A program made the translations under genes and the position numbers. From Felis catus (lineage: Eukaryota), in assembly GCF_018350175.1 (NCBI RefSeq), contig NC_058382.1:57414001-57478000 (forward strand): 64,000 nucleotides of DNA, read 5' to 3'. A model generated the notes under the pieces. The model was not told where the DNA came from. It ran no database searches and saw only the letters and a program-made list of their open reading frames with translations. This document shows, piece after piece, positions 1 through 11,531 of the stretch; positions within the stretch are counted from its first letter, which is position 1, and each line of letters starts with the position of its first letter.

Positions 1-157
1 GTGGGACCAGACCGAGCTCCTGCCGACGACCTGGGGGCACTTGGCCAAAGCCCCCGCTTTGCTGTGTCTTCGGGGCTGACCTGAGAGCCTGTACAGCTTC
101 AGCACTTTAAGCGTCCTCGTGGTTGATGTCAAGGTTCCCCTGTCTTGTTCCAAGCAG

Positions 158-305
158 CTTGGGGGTAGAGCCGGTTGACAAAGACGCCCTCCGACAGCCA
201 CCGCGGAACGTCAAGGACACGATTCTCAGCAAAGCCCTGATCCTGAAAATCCTCCTGTCGGCTGCTGTCATCATCAGCGGGACCCTCTTTATCTTCTGGA
301 AAGAG
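158..305 (+). CDS. ATP2C2: ATP2C2 coding exon ([16 protein letters not shown]...TLFIFWKE)
   Basis: Acceptor ttgttccaagcag ends at 157; donor GAG|gtgggg; 148 nt. Confidence 0.93.
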
Positions 306-2961
306 GTGGGGCAAGTTCTCACTGGCTCGGCCTGTATTCGCTAAGCCCCTGTGGTGGGAGCCTAGCGGCTGTGCACCAAGCACCGGGGATGGTCCCCGCC
401 CGGGCGCGTGGGGCTCCGGTTCTGACTGGGGAGACAGGTGCACATACAGGGGGCTGTCCCTGAGGGGGGGTGGGGGACCAGGAGCTGACTTTGCAGAGGT
501 GGGGACAAGGCGGAAGGATAGGAACCAGCCCTCCCGGCAGGGAAAAGAAATCATTTTGTTCTAAAAGGGACCCGATGCCCCTGCCGCTTTCTATGGTCAC
601 CAGGAAACAATTTGCAATCTATTAGAAGGAAGTCCGTTGTATTCCCTGGAGGTGATTATTTGAGGGAGCTTAGGGGCCACCTTTCGGTGGCTCCAGGGGC
701 CCCCGTGCTGACACGCGGTGCTCTCGGTGGAGACCCAGGCAAGTGGGGGCAGGACACGGGACCACCGCAGACTCTGTGTTTCTCCAGCCCCGCCCCCCAG
801 AGGAGGGGCCTTGCGTTTTCCCCAGTTCTCACCTGCCCAGGAAGGTGGTGTGGCCGCCCGTGTCCAGCCTGTGCTCCACCTGCGGGAAGGGGACCCAGGC
901 CCTCCTGTGCCAGCACGGTGGGCCTCAGTGTGGGGGGCCCCCCAGGGGCTCTGGAGTCAAGCTCCAACTCACGCCACCCCGGCCAGGGCGTCTGCGGGGA
1001 ACCCTGGGACAGTGACAAGCTCGGGCAGGAAGGACCCACCTCCCCTCAGGCAGGGAAAGTTCTCACCTTGGCTCCAGGCCAGGCCCGGGAGGAGACCTGC
1101 CTCAGGTCCCTACAGCAGCACCAGGGAGGGTGTGCGTCCTCTGTCCGTGACACTCAGTGGATGCAGCTATAGCCCTGTCCTGTCCCAGGAGGCTATGTCA
1201 CCTGCTGCAGGAAGGGACGTTCCCTTTACCTGTGCAGGGTTTCAGCTCGGGGTGGGGGGGAGGATGGGGGGTGGTCGTGAGACACCCCCCTTACTCCAGC
1301 CCAGGGGGCGGTCGTGGTCAGTTTCTAGCAGAGCCACTCTGCTGGGCGGTCCAGGCCCCTCGAGTTCCTGCTCCCTCTGTGCTCATCATCACAAGAAGCA
1401 CCCCCTTCCCGGGGCCCGCCCACCCTGCCCTCTGTGTTCCAGATCCCCGCAGACAAGGCGAGCACCCCGCGTACCACGACCATGACCTTCACCTGCTTTG
1501 TGTTCTTCGACCTCTTCAACGCCTTGACCTGCCGCTCTCAGGTGAGCCCTGGGCTGCCCTCCCCTCCCTTCCTGGCTGGACCCAGTCGCGCTCTCGGGGA
1601 CGAATGGTGCGGCCGCGCCCCGAGTAGGCCTCTGTAAGCATCGCCGTCTGAGCCGTGGCTTGGGACCCGGCTGACACGTGCCCTTCTCCTCCCACAGACC
1701 AAGCTGATATTTGAGATTGGCTTTCTGCGGAACTCCATGTTCCTGTACTCGGTGCTGGGCTCCATTCTGGGCCAGCTGGCCGTGATTTACATCCCGCCCC
1801 TGCAGAAGATCTTCCAGACGGAGAACCTGGGTGCCCTCGGTGAGTGGGCGGGGACGTGAGGGGTCAGCAGAGGCCGGTGCCTGGGCGCCGACATGCGGTG
1901 TTCCAGGTGCGAAGTCCCTACGTGTGCCCGGCCGGCCGCACGGGGTGGGAGGGCGATGTGATGGGGTCATGGAGTACACGGGGAACCAGAGGATGAGGCA
2001 CCTCCACCGGGAGAGCCACGGAGGGCAGAAGGGGACACGGCCTCCCAGCCCCCCTGTCCCAGGGCTGGCGGCTCAGAGCGACGCTGCAAGGCCCGGGGGC
2101 TGCGCCATGGCGGGTGACAGTCCCGGCTCATTCTGCCCCCCCTGGCAGGGGGCTCGTGGGTCTTGGGCACCCGCTGACCCCAAGACAGGGAGCGGGCCAC
2201 CCAGCAGCTCGGGCTAAACACAACATGATTCAATGACCGCAGCCGTCCAGGGCCCCGAGCGCACCTGCCCCGGGGTGGAATCCTGGGGCTCCCCTGCCTC
2301 CCCGCCCAGGCGGACGCGATTCCAGCCTTTTCTTTGTGAACTGCCTGGGGTGACTGGCCGCCTTTGCCTGAAGCTAACAGAGCACACAAGTGGGAGGAGG
2401 GGAGGGGTGGGGGGAGGAGGGTACCTGAGCAGCAGCAGTGACCAGAGCCACTTACGTGGTGGGAGCCAGCAGGTGGGGAGGCCGGCGTAGGTCATGGCCA
2501 CAGGTCATGACACGGTCGGGTCTGAGGTGCTGGACACGACTGCTCGGAGCACGAGGCCGGGGTGGGGGGTGTCTGCCCTCAGGATGGATGGGGGAGGGTC
2601 CTGTTACTGCCGGAGGGGGTAGCGCACCCCCACCCCAGCCCTGAGCCCCCTGGAAGGACGGGGTGGTCCTGTGGAGCTGCACGGACATCCGTCCCTCCCG
2701 GGAGGGGAAGTCCTGGTCCTCGGCTCCCGGGTCCTCGCCCCTCACCTCTGGGCTCTCTGCAACCAAAGCCAAGACGTGGGGAAGAGAGCCTCAGGGTGGC
2801 ACCGTGCCCTCTGACCCCCATTTTCTTTTCACCTTTTTGCAGACTTGTTGCTTTTAACCGCACTGGCTTCATCCGTGTTCATTTTGTCAGAGCTGCTCAA
2901 ACTATGCGAAAAGTTCTGTTCCAGAGCCGAGAAAGCCCAGGTTCACCAGGAAGATGCATAG
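158..2961 (+). CDS. ATP2C2: ATP2C2 (secretory pathway Ca2+/Mn2+-ATPase 2), 3' part: join(158..305,1443..1541,1698..1839,2843..2961); upstream exons lie outside the window
   Basis: Four AG/GT-flanked, phase-compatible exons translate to the C-terminal transmembrane region of SPCA pumps (SLGVEPVD...; [37 protein letters not shown]; ...QEDA*). Adjacency to MEAK7 matches the mammalian synteny I recall. Confidence 0.96.
1443..1541 (+). CDS. ATP2C2: ATP2C2 coding exon ([33 protein letters not shown])
   Basis: Acceptor ctgtgttccag; donor CAG|gtgagc; 99 nt, phase 0-0. Confidence 0.96.
1698..1839 (+). CDS. ATP2C2: ATP2C2 coding exon ([21 protein letters not shown]...TENLGAL)
   Basis: Acceptor ctcctcccacag; donor G|gtgagt; 142 nt. 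Confidence 0.96.
2843..2961 (+). CDS. ATP2C2: ATP2C2 terminal coding exon ([39 protein letters not shown])
   Basis: Long polypyrimidine tract plus gcag acceptor; phase fits the previous exon; TAG at 2959-2961. Confidence 0.95.
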
Positions 2962-3181
2962 CGGCCCCCGCCTGCGTCCAACCCCTCAATAATCTATATT
3001 TTTATGTGACTGTGGCCCTCCCCCAGCCCCCCTCCCGAGGCACGCTTTTAGGACACCGTGCAGTAGGTCCCTCACCTGATCTGCTTCTTGGGAAACCGGC
3101 AGGAAGCCTGGGCCCGGGCCCGCGTCCACCCCAACCTCGCCGGCTGAGCTCTGGAGACCGCACGGCAACACCTTGCTATTT

Positions 3182-3187
3182 ATTAAA
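3182..3187 (+). terminator. Probable ATP2C2 polyadenylation signal ATTAAA
   Basis: ATTAAA ~220 nt after the stop codon, in an AT-rich patch followed by a T-rich stretch. Confidence 0.6.
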
Positions 3188-4658
3188 TCACAGTGATTTT
3201 TCTTAACCACGCCTGCCCACGTATTTGTGCCACAGCAGCCCCCGCACGAGGAAGAGGCCTCGTGTCCCCGACCGTAAAGTGGGGGGCTTTGTACCCTTTT
3301 GTTAAGGGCTCTGCAGGCGCCTGGTAAGTGGTTTTCCTACGGGTGGCCCCGGGGGGATCCCACCGCATCTGGGGCGAGAGAGAGTCACGCCCCGGTGGCC
3401 TCAGCGAAGGCCTGGCCTTTTCCCTCTGGAACCGGGACCAGGGTGCTTGCCAGCCCCCTGAGCGTGAGCCCCCGGGGCCGGTCTTACAACAGGCCTGCCC
3501 GCCCAGCTCCAAAATGCAGAGCCCACAGGGGGCAGGAACCGGCCACGCAGACCCAGCCGTGGAGCCCTAGCTTTCGTGAAATGAGGCCACGGCTGTAACA
3601 GCCTTTTCCAGAGAAACCCAACCAACAGGAGGGGGAGGGAATAGAGACTGGTTTTAACAAAGTGACGCACGCGACTGTCGGGCTGGCCCGTCCCCTGTGT
3701 TCGGGCAGGCGGGGTCTCCCGGGCCCTTCTCTTAAGCCTTTAAGGGACTGGATGAGGCTCACCCGCCCTCTGAAGGCAACCCGCTCTCTTCAAAGTTTAC
3801 CGATATAAATGTTAATCACCCCCCCGAGAAACAGAGCTCACGAGAACATCTAGGCTACTGTTTGGCCCCACGGCCGGGCGAAACTGACCCACAAAATAAC
3901 CCTCACACCAGCCACGGTGGCGGTGAGGCCGGCCGTCTGGGCCAGGCCAGGGTGAGGGAGGTCAGAGTGGACCCCTGCAGCTGCCAGGCAGAGTTCCGAT
4001 TCCTTGCAAGTAGGATTTACGGCTTGGGTTGCACCGTCCTCTGAAGCCCCCACACGTGACCCCACAGCTAAATGGGGACACGCACATGTGCCGGGCCCGC
4101 GGAAACACGATCGAGAGGGCTGCCTGGAGGGGGAGGCCACTCGCACAAGGATGGTACCTGCCCAGCAGCTGCCAACCCTTGATGACTCCTCAGACAGGCT
4201 GACACCTGCCCCGCGCACAAGCCTGTGCATAGCTCGACTCTGAGTCAGGACGCGTCCAAGCAACGTGCTTCCCCTTCAAAAATAAGACCCACCATGGCCG
4301 ACCGATACTTAGACTGCGACATCAGAAAGTACCCTTCACCCCTATTTCTACCGTCCACGATAGCCCGAGGTAGACTGCAAATTAAGAGATGAAATAAACA
4401 AGTGCTAAAGCAAAACGAATAAAAACAAGACACAACACGAACCATCAAGTCCAACGAGTATGTCAGACTACACGCATCTTTTCAGCAAAATACAGAAGAC
4501 TTAGCTGGATTTCCACTTGTAAAACACCCACCCATCAACAGCAAAGGGACATTCACCAAAATACACAGAGGAAAGAGCAGAGATCAGTGAAGTCAAAGAC
4601 ACGAGTAGAAATCAAAAACTCGTTCTTTGAAAATACCAATAAGATCGCCAGTCTTGCT

Positions 4659-4884
4659 GGGGCGCCTGGGTGGCTCAGTCGGTTAAGCGTCAGACTTCAG
4701 CTCAGGTCACAATCTTGCGGTCGGTGAGTTTGAGCCCCGCATCGGGCTCTGGGCTGATGGCTCAGAGCCTGGAGCCTACTTCCGATTCTGTGTCTCCCTC
4801 TCTCTCTGCCCCTCCCCCGTTCATGCTCTGTCTCTCTCTCTCTCAAAAATAAATAAATGTTAAAAAAAAAATTAAAAAAAAAAA
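4659..4884 (+). mobile_element. Feliform CanSINE with 18-bp target-site duplication (TSD)
   Basis: GGGGCGCCTGGGTGGCTCAGTCGG head, (CT)n stretch and A tail; TSD aagatcgccagtcttgct at 4641-4658 and 4885-4902. Confidence 0.95.
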
Positions 4885-5367
4885 AAGATCGCCAGTCTTG
4901 CTAAAGGTTTACCAAAGGGAGACACACATGACCTCTGTTAGGAACGGAGGTGGTCTATCATGAGAGCCCCCTCCAGTGAATTCACAAGTTAGAGGAAATG
5001 AACCAGTTCCTTGAAAACCACAAGCTACTAACTCGCACTGAAAAGGCAGGAACCCGAGTAATCCTAGAACGTGTGAGGACAGGGATGTAGTTAAAACCGA
5101 TCCCCCAAAAAAGAAATCTTGCGACTTCTGACACCAATCCAGAAGCAAGTTAATGAAGAAAAGATGGTCATTTCAGCTAATGGTGTGGGGACAGACATCT
5201 GCGGCCGAGAAAAGCCACCCTCGACTCAGACCTCACGCCTGCCACACAAATGAACTCAACACAAGCCACAGGCCAAAACAGAACGGGGCAGAAGAATCCT
5301 TGGGATCCCGGGTTAGGCAGAGTTCTTAGACATGACCCCACAAGACCATCCCTAAAAGGTAAGAAAA

Positions 5368-5564
5368 TTTGAGAAAATACCCTGTAGGGGAATTACTGGA
5401 TCACACAGCAATTCTATTTTTAACTTTGTGAGGAACCAAAGAGAACAAAAATGCTCATTCAAAAAGATATATACAACCCTATGTTTACTGCAGCATTATT
5501 TACAATAGCTGAGATACGAATCAGCCCCAATGTCCTTCGGTCGATGAATGGATCAAGATGTGGG

Positions 5565-5604
<40 letters not shown>

Positions 5605-5980
5605 GAAGAGTACTCAGCCATAAAAAGAATGAAATCTTGCCATTTGCAGCAACACGGGTGCCTAGAGAGTATAACGCTAAGTGAAATAAGTCAAAGACAC
5701 GTGTCATATGCTTTCGCGCCTAAGTGCCGTCAAAACCAAACAAACGAACGAAGAATGAAAGAGACAAACCAAAAGTCAGGCTCTTAACTCCAGAGAACAA
5801 ACTGATGTCACCGGAGAGGGGGAGGACGGGGAAATGGGTGAAACAGGTGAAGGGGATTATGGGTAAGGACTTACCATGAGGCGCACGGGGTGACGTACAG
5901 AAGTGCTGAGTCACCGTCTTGTACACCTGCAACTAACATCACTCTGCAATCCAACTATACTGGAATTAAAAAAAAAAAAA
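5368..5980 (+). mobile_element. 5'-truncated carnivore L1 3' end with an inverted 5' segment
   Basis: L1 ORF2-end/3' UTR motifs (cagcattatttacaatagc; tactcagccataaaaagaatgaaatcttgccatttgcagcaac) and a poly(A) tail; 5368-5437 is in reverse orientation. Confidence 0.8.
5567..5602. repeat. (AC)n microsatellite
   Basis: Read directly from the sequence. Confidence 0.95.
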
Positions 5981-6114
5981 ATTTAGGTACAGACCTTAAA
6001 GAACTCCCAGAAATATAGAGAATTGTTGAACCATTGTGTTGTATACCTGCAACTAACCTAACATGGTAAATGAGGCTTGAATAAAATAAAAAAAAAAGTT
6101 TTTTTAATCCAGGA

Positions 6115-6900
6115 AAAAAAACTAACTGGATTCCACCAAAAGTGAAAGCATTTTGCCCATGAAAGTCACTAGTGGAGAGAATGAAAAAAAAAAAAAAAAA
6201 AAAAAAGACCGGAAAATACGTATTTTCAAATCACAAACCCGACAATCGACTCTGATCCAAAATAAAAAAAAAAAAAAAATTAAAATTTAACAATTAAAAA
6301 AAACAGAAAAAGGGCACAAGCTCCTAAGAGGGCATAGAGGCAGTAAACACACCTCTCCGAATGGCTGAAAACACGCCCAGGACACTGAGGGCCGGTGAGG
6401 ATGTGGGACAACCGGTGCCCGGACGTGTCACAGGGCAGGGAGGTACCACAGCCGCTCTGGAGAACAGGCTGATGGCGTCCCATCTGGTCAAACACACGCT
6501 CAGCCTGTGACCCAGCCTCGCCACTCTAGGCACAGATCCTCGTGCCCACGGCAGCGTCACTCGGAAGAGCCGCATCTTACAACCACCCACGCCTCCTTCT
6601 GCTGATGAGCGGCCCCCCCACAGTGGAGGGCTCAGGAGCATCCACGTCGCATCCTGGGTGGGTCCCCTGGGTATCACGCCGAGTGGCAGAAACCCGTCTT
6701 ACTGGTGACGTATGGTACCGCTCCATTTACCTAACATCCTCGAAGTGACAAGGTGACAGAGTGGATGACAGGTTGTCAGGGGTCAGCGTTAGGAGGGCGG
6801 GACTGGAAGAGGGGGAGCAGGAAGGAGTTTGGGAGGCAAACGGGACAGTTCTGGATCCTGACGGTAGCGAGGGTCACGTCAATCTCTACACGTGATCAAG
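6115..6900 (+). mobile_element. Ancient L1M fragment, continuing L1 sequence from ~4300-5365
   Basis: Degenerate L1 ORF2 C-terminal and 3' UTR motifs. Confidence 0.6.
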
Positions 6901-7844
6901 TTTCCCAGGACTGATGGCAGGGATCCCCAAGACCACCGTCGGGCTCAGTGAGGATGACCAGAAACTCTGTTCTTGGAACACTGCCGGTCCACCCCGCGGC
7001 TGGCGCTGATGTGTATCCTCCCCCGTAACAAGCCTGACCAACAGCCCAACAGGTTTCGGTGAGTTCTGTCTCTTCAGCGAACTGTCCAACCTGAGGGCGG
7101 CTTGGGGGGCCCTCGGACCGCGTAGTGGGTGTCGGGAGGCTTGGGCAGACTTTGCCATCTGGAAGACCGTGCCTCTAGCCTTGAGTGTGCCTGAAAGCAG
7201 GGGCTTTGGAAAAACTGGCGGCATTCGAATAAGGTCTACGCGTCGTTGCTGATATCGTGCCGATGCCAGCGTCCTGCTTGGGTGGCTGTGCTCTGATGAG
7301 GGAAGATGTTTTCATTAGGCAAAGCTGGGAGAGGAGTGCCCAGGAACTCTCAGCACCAGTTTTGCAGCCTCTAGGTCGATTCAAGTTACGTCAAAATAAA
7401 GTTTATAAGAAAAAAAAGACTCCGAAAAATCAAGCTAAAATATACCAGGCAAACTCCAAGCAACACACACAGCCGCGTGACATCATTAACGGCAGGCAAG
7501 ATTAGAATCGAGGCCAAAAGCATGAGGGAAGGCAGGGCAGGGAATTCAACGAGATACATTCACCACTGAAAATCCAACGGGCCTGGGCACACGGCAACTC
7601 AACATCCACACTCACAGGGCACCGTACGGCAAATGTAGGAAGACACACAGGGAATTCATTCAGGGACTCTACCTGGTCACAGGGAAGGGCACAACTAAAA
7701 CCACAATCCCAAGTAGACAGGACATAGGTGGCTCCCTAATTACTATTTATTAAAACTGAAAGTGAACAGCCCCATTTGTACGAAAATTCTCCAGCCCACA
7801 AAAATTTTTAAACTCTTGGCTCCAAGTGGAAAGCTCTGAGTACA

Positions 7845-8048
7845 GGGGCGCCTGGGGGGGGCTCTGTCGGTTGAGCCTCCGACTTCGGCTCAGGTCACGA
7901 TCTCACGGTTCGTGAGTTCGAGCCCCGCGTCGGGCCCTGTGTGGACAGCTCGGAGCCTGGAGCCTGCTTTGGATAATGCGCCTCCCTCTGTCTGCCCCTC
8001 CCCTGTGTGTGTCTCTCTCTAAGAGAAATAAAGATTTAAAAAAGAAAA
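7845..8048 (+). mobile_element. CanSINE
   Basis: SINE head, B-box GTTCGAGCCC and A-rich tail. Confidence 0.9.
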
Positions 8049-8528
8049 TCTAGAAGCCAACCACGAACCCAGAACACGTCTATCAGAGTCTATACAGTAC
8101 TACCAAAGAAGGCAGAGCTCAAAGAGAAAAGTGATGCCTCTATATATGCATTTACTTCCATTCTTCATGTAGGAACTTAACAACCAACTCAAACTGGAAA
8201 AAGAAACGAACAGCAGGAGATACTATAAAAGCAAAATTAATTTAAAAGAAAAACAGAATTGCTACAACATAATGTAGGGAAAATGGAAGTAAAAAGCCAC
8301 AGCTCAAAAGATTTCACGTAGTCTGGTCAAACGTACGTAAGTTAACTTGAAAACTTGCATAAGATGAAAAGCTTACCAGGATATAAAAAATCGTCAGAAT
8401 GGATTTTATTCTTAACCGACTGAGCCCCCCAGACGCCCCAGACTAACCTATTTGAACACACACGTATTGAACCCAGTCCAACTGAATTCACACATTTGAA
8501 GCTTGGCAGTTTAAATACAAACCAGCTT

Positions 8529-8750
8529 GGGGCGCCTGGATGGCTTAGTCGGTTAAGCGTCCGACTTCAGCTCAGGTCATGATCTCGCAGTGAGTTCGAG
8601 CCCCACGTCGGGCTCTGTGCTGACAGCTCGGAGCCTGGAGGCTGTGGATTCTGTGTCTCCCTCTCTCTCTGCCCCTCCCCTGCTCATGCTCTGTCTCTCT
8701 CTGTCTCAAAAATAAATAAAAACATTAAAAAAATTTAAAGAAAAAATAAA
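8529..8750 (+). mobile_element. CanSINE
   Basis: Full head, (CT)n stretch and tail. Confidence 0.9.
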
Positions 8751-9830
8751 TACAAACACTGCTCAGCAGCTAGAGCCCTACTGATTTGGGTTCCTTATTT
8801 AAGAGGGAAAACCTTTTTATAACATTCACCATCTAGACGGAAACTTTTAACATAATTACAGATGGATCCTTCCTTTACGTGGAAATGTATCTGAAAAGCA
8901 CCCTGCCTCACGGTAAAAGGCCAGGTGCATTTCCATCAAAGTCAGGAATGGTGAGGGCCTATCACTGCTACTGAAGTTCTTAAACGATTTGCTGATACAA
9001 TTAAAAGAATAAAAGGCCTAGAAAGTGCAGAGTAGGGAAATTATCCTCCCAGGTACACAATCGTTCACGATTGCATTCAACGCGCTGTATGCACCTACCT
9101 CTGAAACTTGCACAGACTCCTGTATCCGTCAGATCTCAATAAGGCTGGAGGGAAAAAGAAGAAATCACGGGGGCCAAAACACTAAGCCTGGGGACTCCTT
9201 ACAAAGGCCCACACTCAGGCCCCTCCCCAGCCCTGCCATCTGCCCCTCAGGAGGCTTTCTAGAGAATTCTGAGGCCCAAGGCTCAAAACCCCCAGACCAC
9301 AGAATTCAGCAAGGTAGCTGGGGGTACAAAACTAAGCAGAAAAATCAAGGGCTTTCCTATGTTTAAACAATCCTCAGGAGGAAAAAAAAAACAATCCATA
9401 TACAGTGCCGATACTAACGACAAAATCTACATCGCAAACTTCGATGTTCCCATCCTCGGGGACAGGAGGAAGCCACATGCGCCAGGTGTCCGCCCTGCCT
9501 GTGCCAATCTACATTCGATGCGGTCTCCAAAATGCAACCATCAAACTTTTTAGAAGGGTTACCAGCCGTCGGAGAAAATCAACAGGCAGGCATAGGGAGG
9601 AACATTCCAAAAGAAACCCGGAAGTCATCGGGGAACAGCTCTGGCATTTTTTTATCATAAAACACCACGACTTAAAGCACGAGGCAGAGACTCAAGTTCA
9701 AAGAGACACTCAGGTGATGAGACAGACAGAACTTCTAAGTCAGTGGGAGAGAAATGTACCACTTAACATAAAAGATAGTGGAATTTATTCTGGGACAAGA
9801 TAGAGGTACATTTGAAAATACATTTTGAAT

Positions 9831-10040
9831 GGGGGCGCCTGGGTGGCTCAGTCGGTTCAGCATCCACCCTCAACTCAGGTCATGATCTCGCGGACTGTGG
9901 GTTCGAGCCCCGCGTCGGGCTCTGTGCTGACGGCTCGGAGCCTGGAGCCCGCTTCGGAGTCCGTGTCTCCCTCTCTCTCTGCCCCTCCCCTGCTCACGCT
10001 CTCCCTATCTCAAAAATAAACAACACATTTAAAAAAAATA
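9831..10040 (+). mobile_element. CanSINE
   Basis: Full length; cattttgaat is repeated on both flanks. Confidence 0.9.
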
Positions 10041-11322
10041 CTTTAAATCCATTTTGAATGGATCAAAAATTTAGAAGGAAAAATGCAAAGCAGAGGGGCA
10101 GCAGCAGACAACAGCATTTTTTTTTTTAAATCACAGAGTGGGCAAAAAACTTTCCAGGCATACCACAAATCTCAGAAGCCTTAAGGGGGAAACGCTGGCT
10201 AAATGGGACAAAATGCGAAATTCACGTCTAGAAAAATCAAGTCCGACAAACTGGAGAAAAATACTTGGCATGCGAGTCACCAGCTACTTTGCTTCGTTCC
10301 AAAAAGCACTCTTGCACATCAGTCAGAAGAAACCCGACACCCTAGGACACCAGGAGGGCAGGACACAGACGGCTTTTGAAAAAATGAAGCTGAGACGTGA
10401 TGAGGTCCGCGAAAACGAAGTTTTAACACAGTGCCCACACCAGCGCAGCCAACAGGTGCTCCCGTACGGCAGGGCTATAAAACCTCAAAAGAGGTTGGCT
10501 CATGTGTCAGCCTCTAAATTAAGAGGCATCTTTTGGATCCAACCATTCAACTTCTGTGAGTTTCTTCTTCCCGACAAAAAATCACAGATGGGGAGACTCA
10601 GTGATCTCCACCAAAAAAAAAATCAGAGCGGGGGACACGCCGTCGCGGAAAACACAGTTACGCCGGGTGTGCAAGGGGTCCCCTCGTGGTTTTCTCATGA
10701 GTGGCTTTGCCTCTCGGGGAAGAAAAGAGCTGGACGGAGACGTAAGCCTGCGTGTTTCAAGCTTCCTTACCGTGCACACATCTGGCCGTTTTTCTAAGTA
10801 AAGGAAACGCGGTGGGGAAAAAACGAACAGTAGCCATGGTCGCACCACAAACGACACGCTTTTGCCTCCTCCTTCGAGCACCTTCTGGGGCCCTGATTGG
10901 CCTTCACTCAAGGGGAAACCAAGGGTCCCCAATTCTTATTCCTGTTGCACAAAAGAACCAACTCTTCATTCGTTTAAAACCACGTGCTTCCCAGGCCCGG
11001 TGGCGCGTGTGCAGAGAGCAGGTCTGTGTGCGGAGAGCCTCGCACCAAAAGAGGTCACCGGAAGGCTGAACGTCGTCCCCCCCCCCCGACCCCAGGCCGC
11101 CGAGCGCCCGGAGGCGCCCGCCCTTCCTCCTGTGAGGGTGCCGTCTTGGGAGACAGACCCTGGGCTGTAATGTGAACTCTGATGAGAATGAGCACAAGGA
11201 AGGAAAGTGGGCCGACAAAGTGTGACCCTCTCTGACAGCCATAAACAGAGGCAGCAGTGAAGGTATTTAAGGTACAGATACCAACAGACCTGTTATTAGT
11301 GAGGTATGGAGTTGCACTGACA

Positions 11323-11531
11323 AAAAAAATGTTTTTTATATTTGCTCCTTTTTGAGAGAGACAGAGCGTGAGTGGGGGAGGGGCAGAGAGAGGGCGACAC
11401 AGAATCGGAAGCAGGCTCCAGGCTCCGAGCTGTCGGCACAGAGCCCGACGCGGGGCTCGACCCCACGAACCTTGACATGGTGACCTGGGCTGAAGTCGGA
11501 CGCCCAACCGACTGAGCCGCCCAGGCGCCCC
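11323..11531 (-). mobile_element. CanSINE
   Basis: Reverse-complement SINE ending ccaggcgcccc. Confidence 0.9.

Noticed and set aside
612..2800. Many long overlapping ORFs in ATP2C2 introns (and likewise at 13-19 kb and 27-32 kb)
   Set aside because: Pro/Gly/Arg-rich products expected from stop-poor GC-rich DNA. Only the spliced exons give recognisable protein.
10138..10797. 219-aa ORF
   Set aside because: It overlaps what looks like decayed L1 sequence, has a non-ATG start and shows no coherent protein features.
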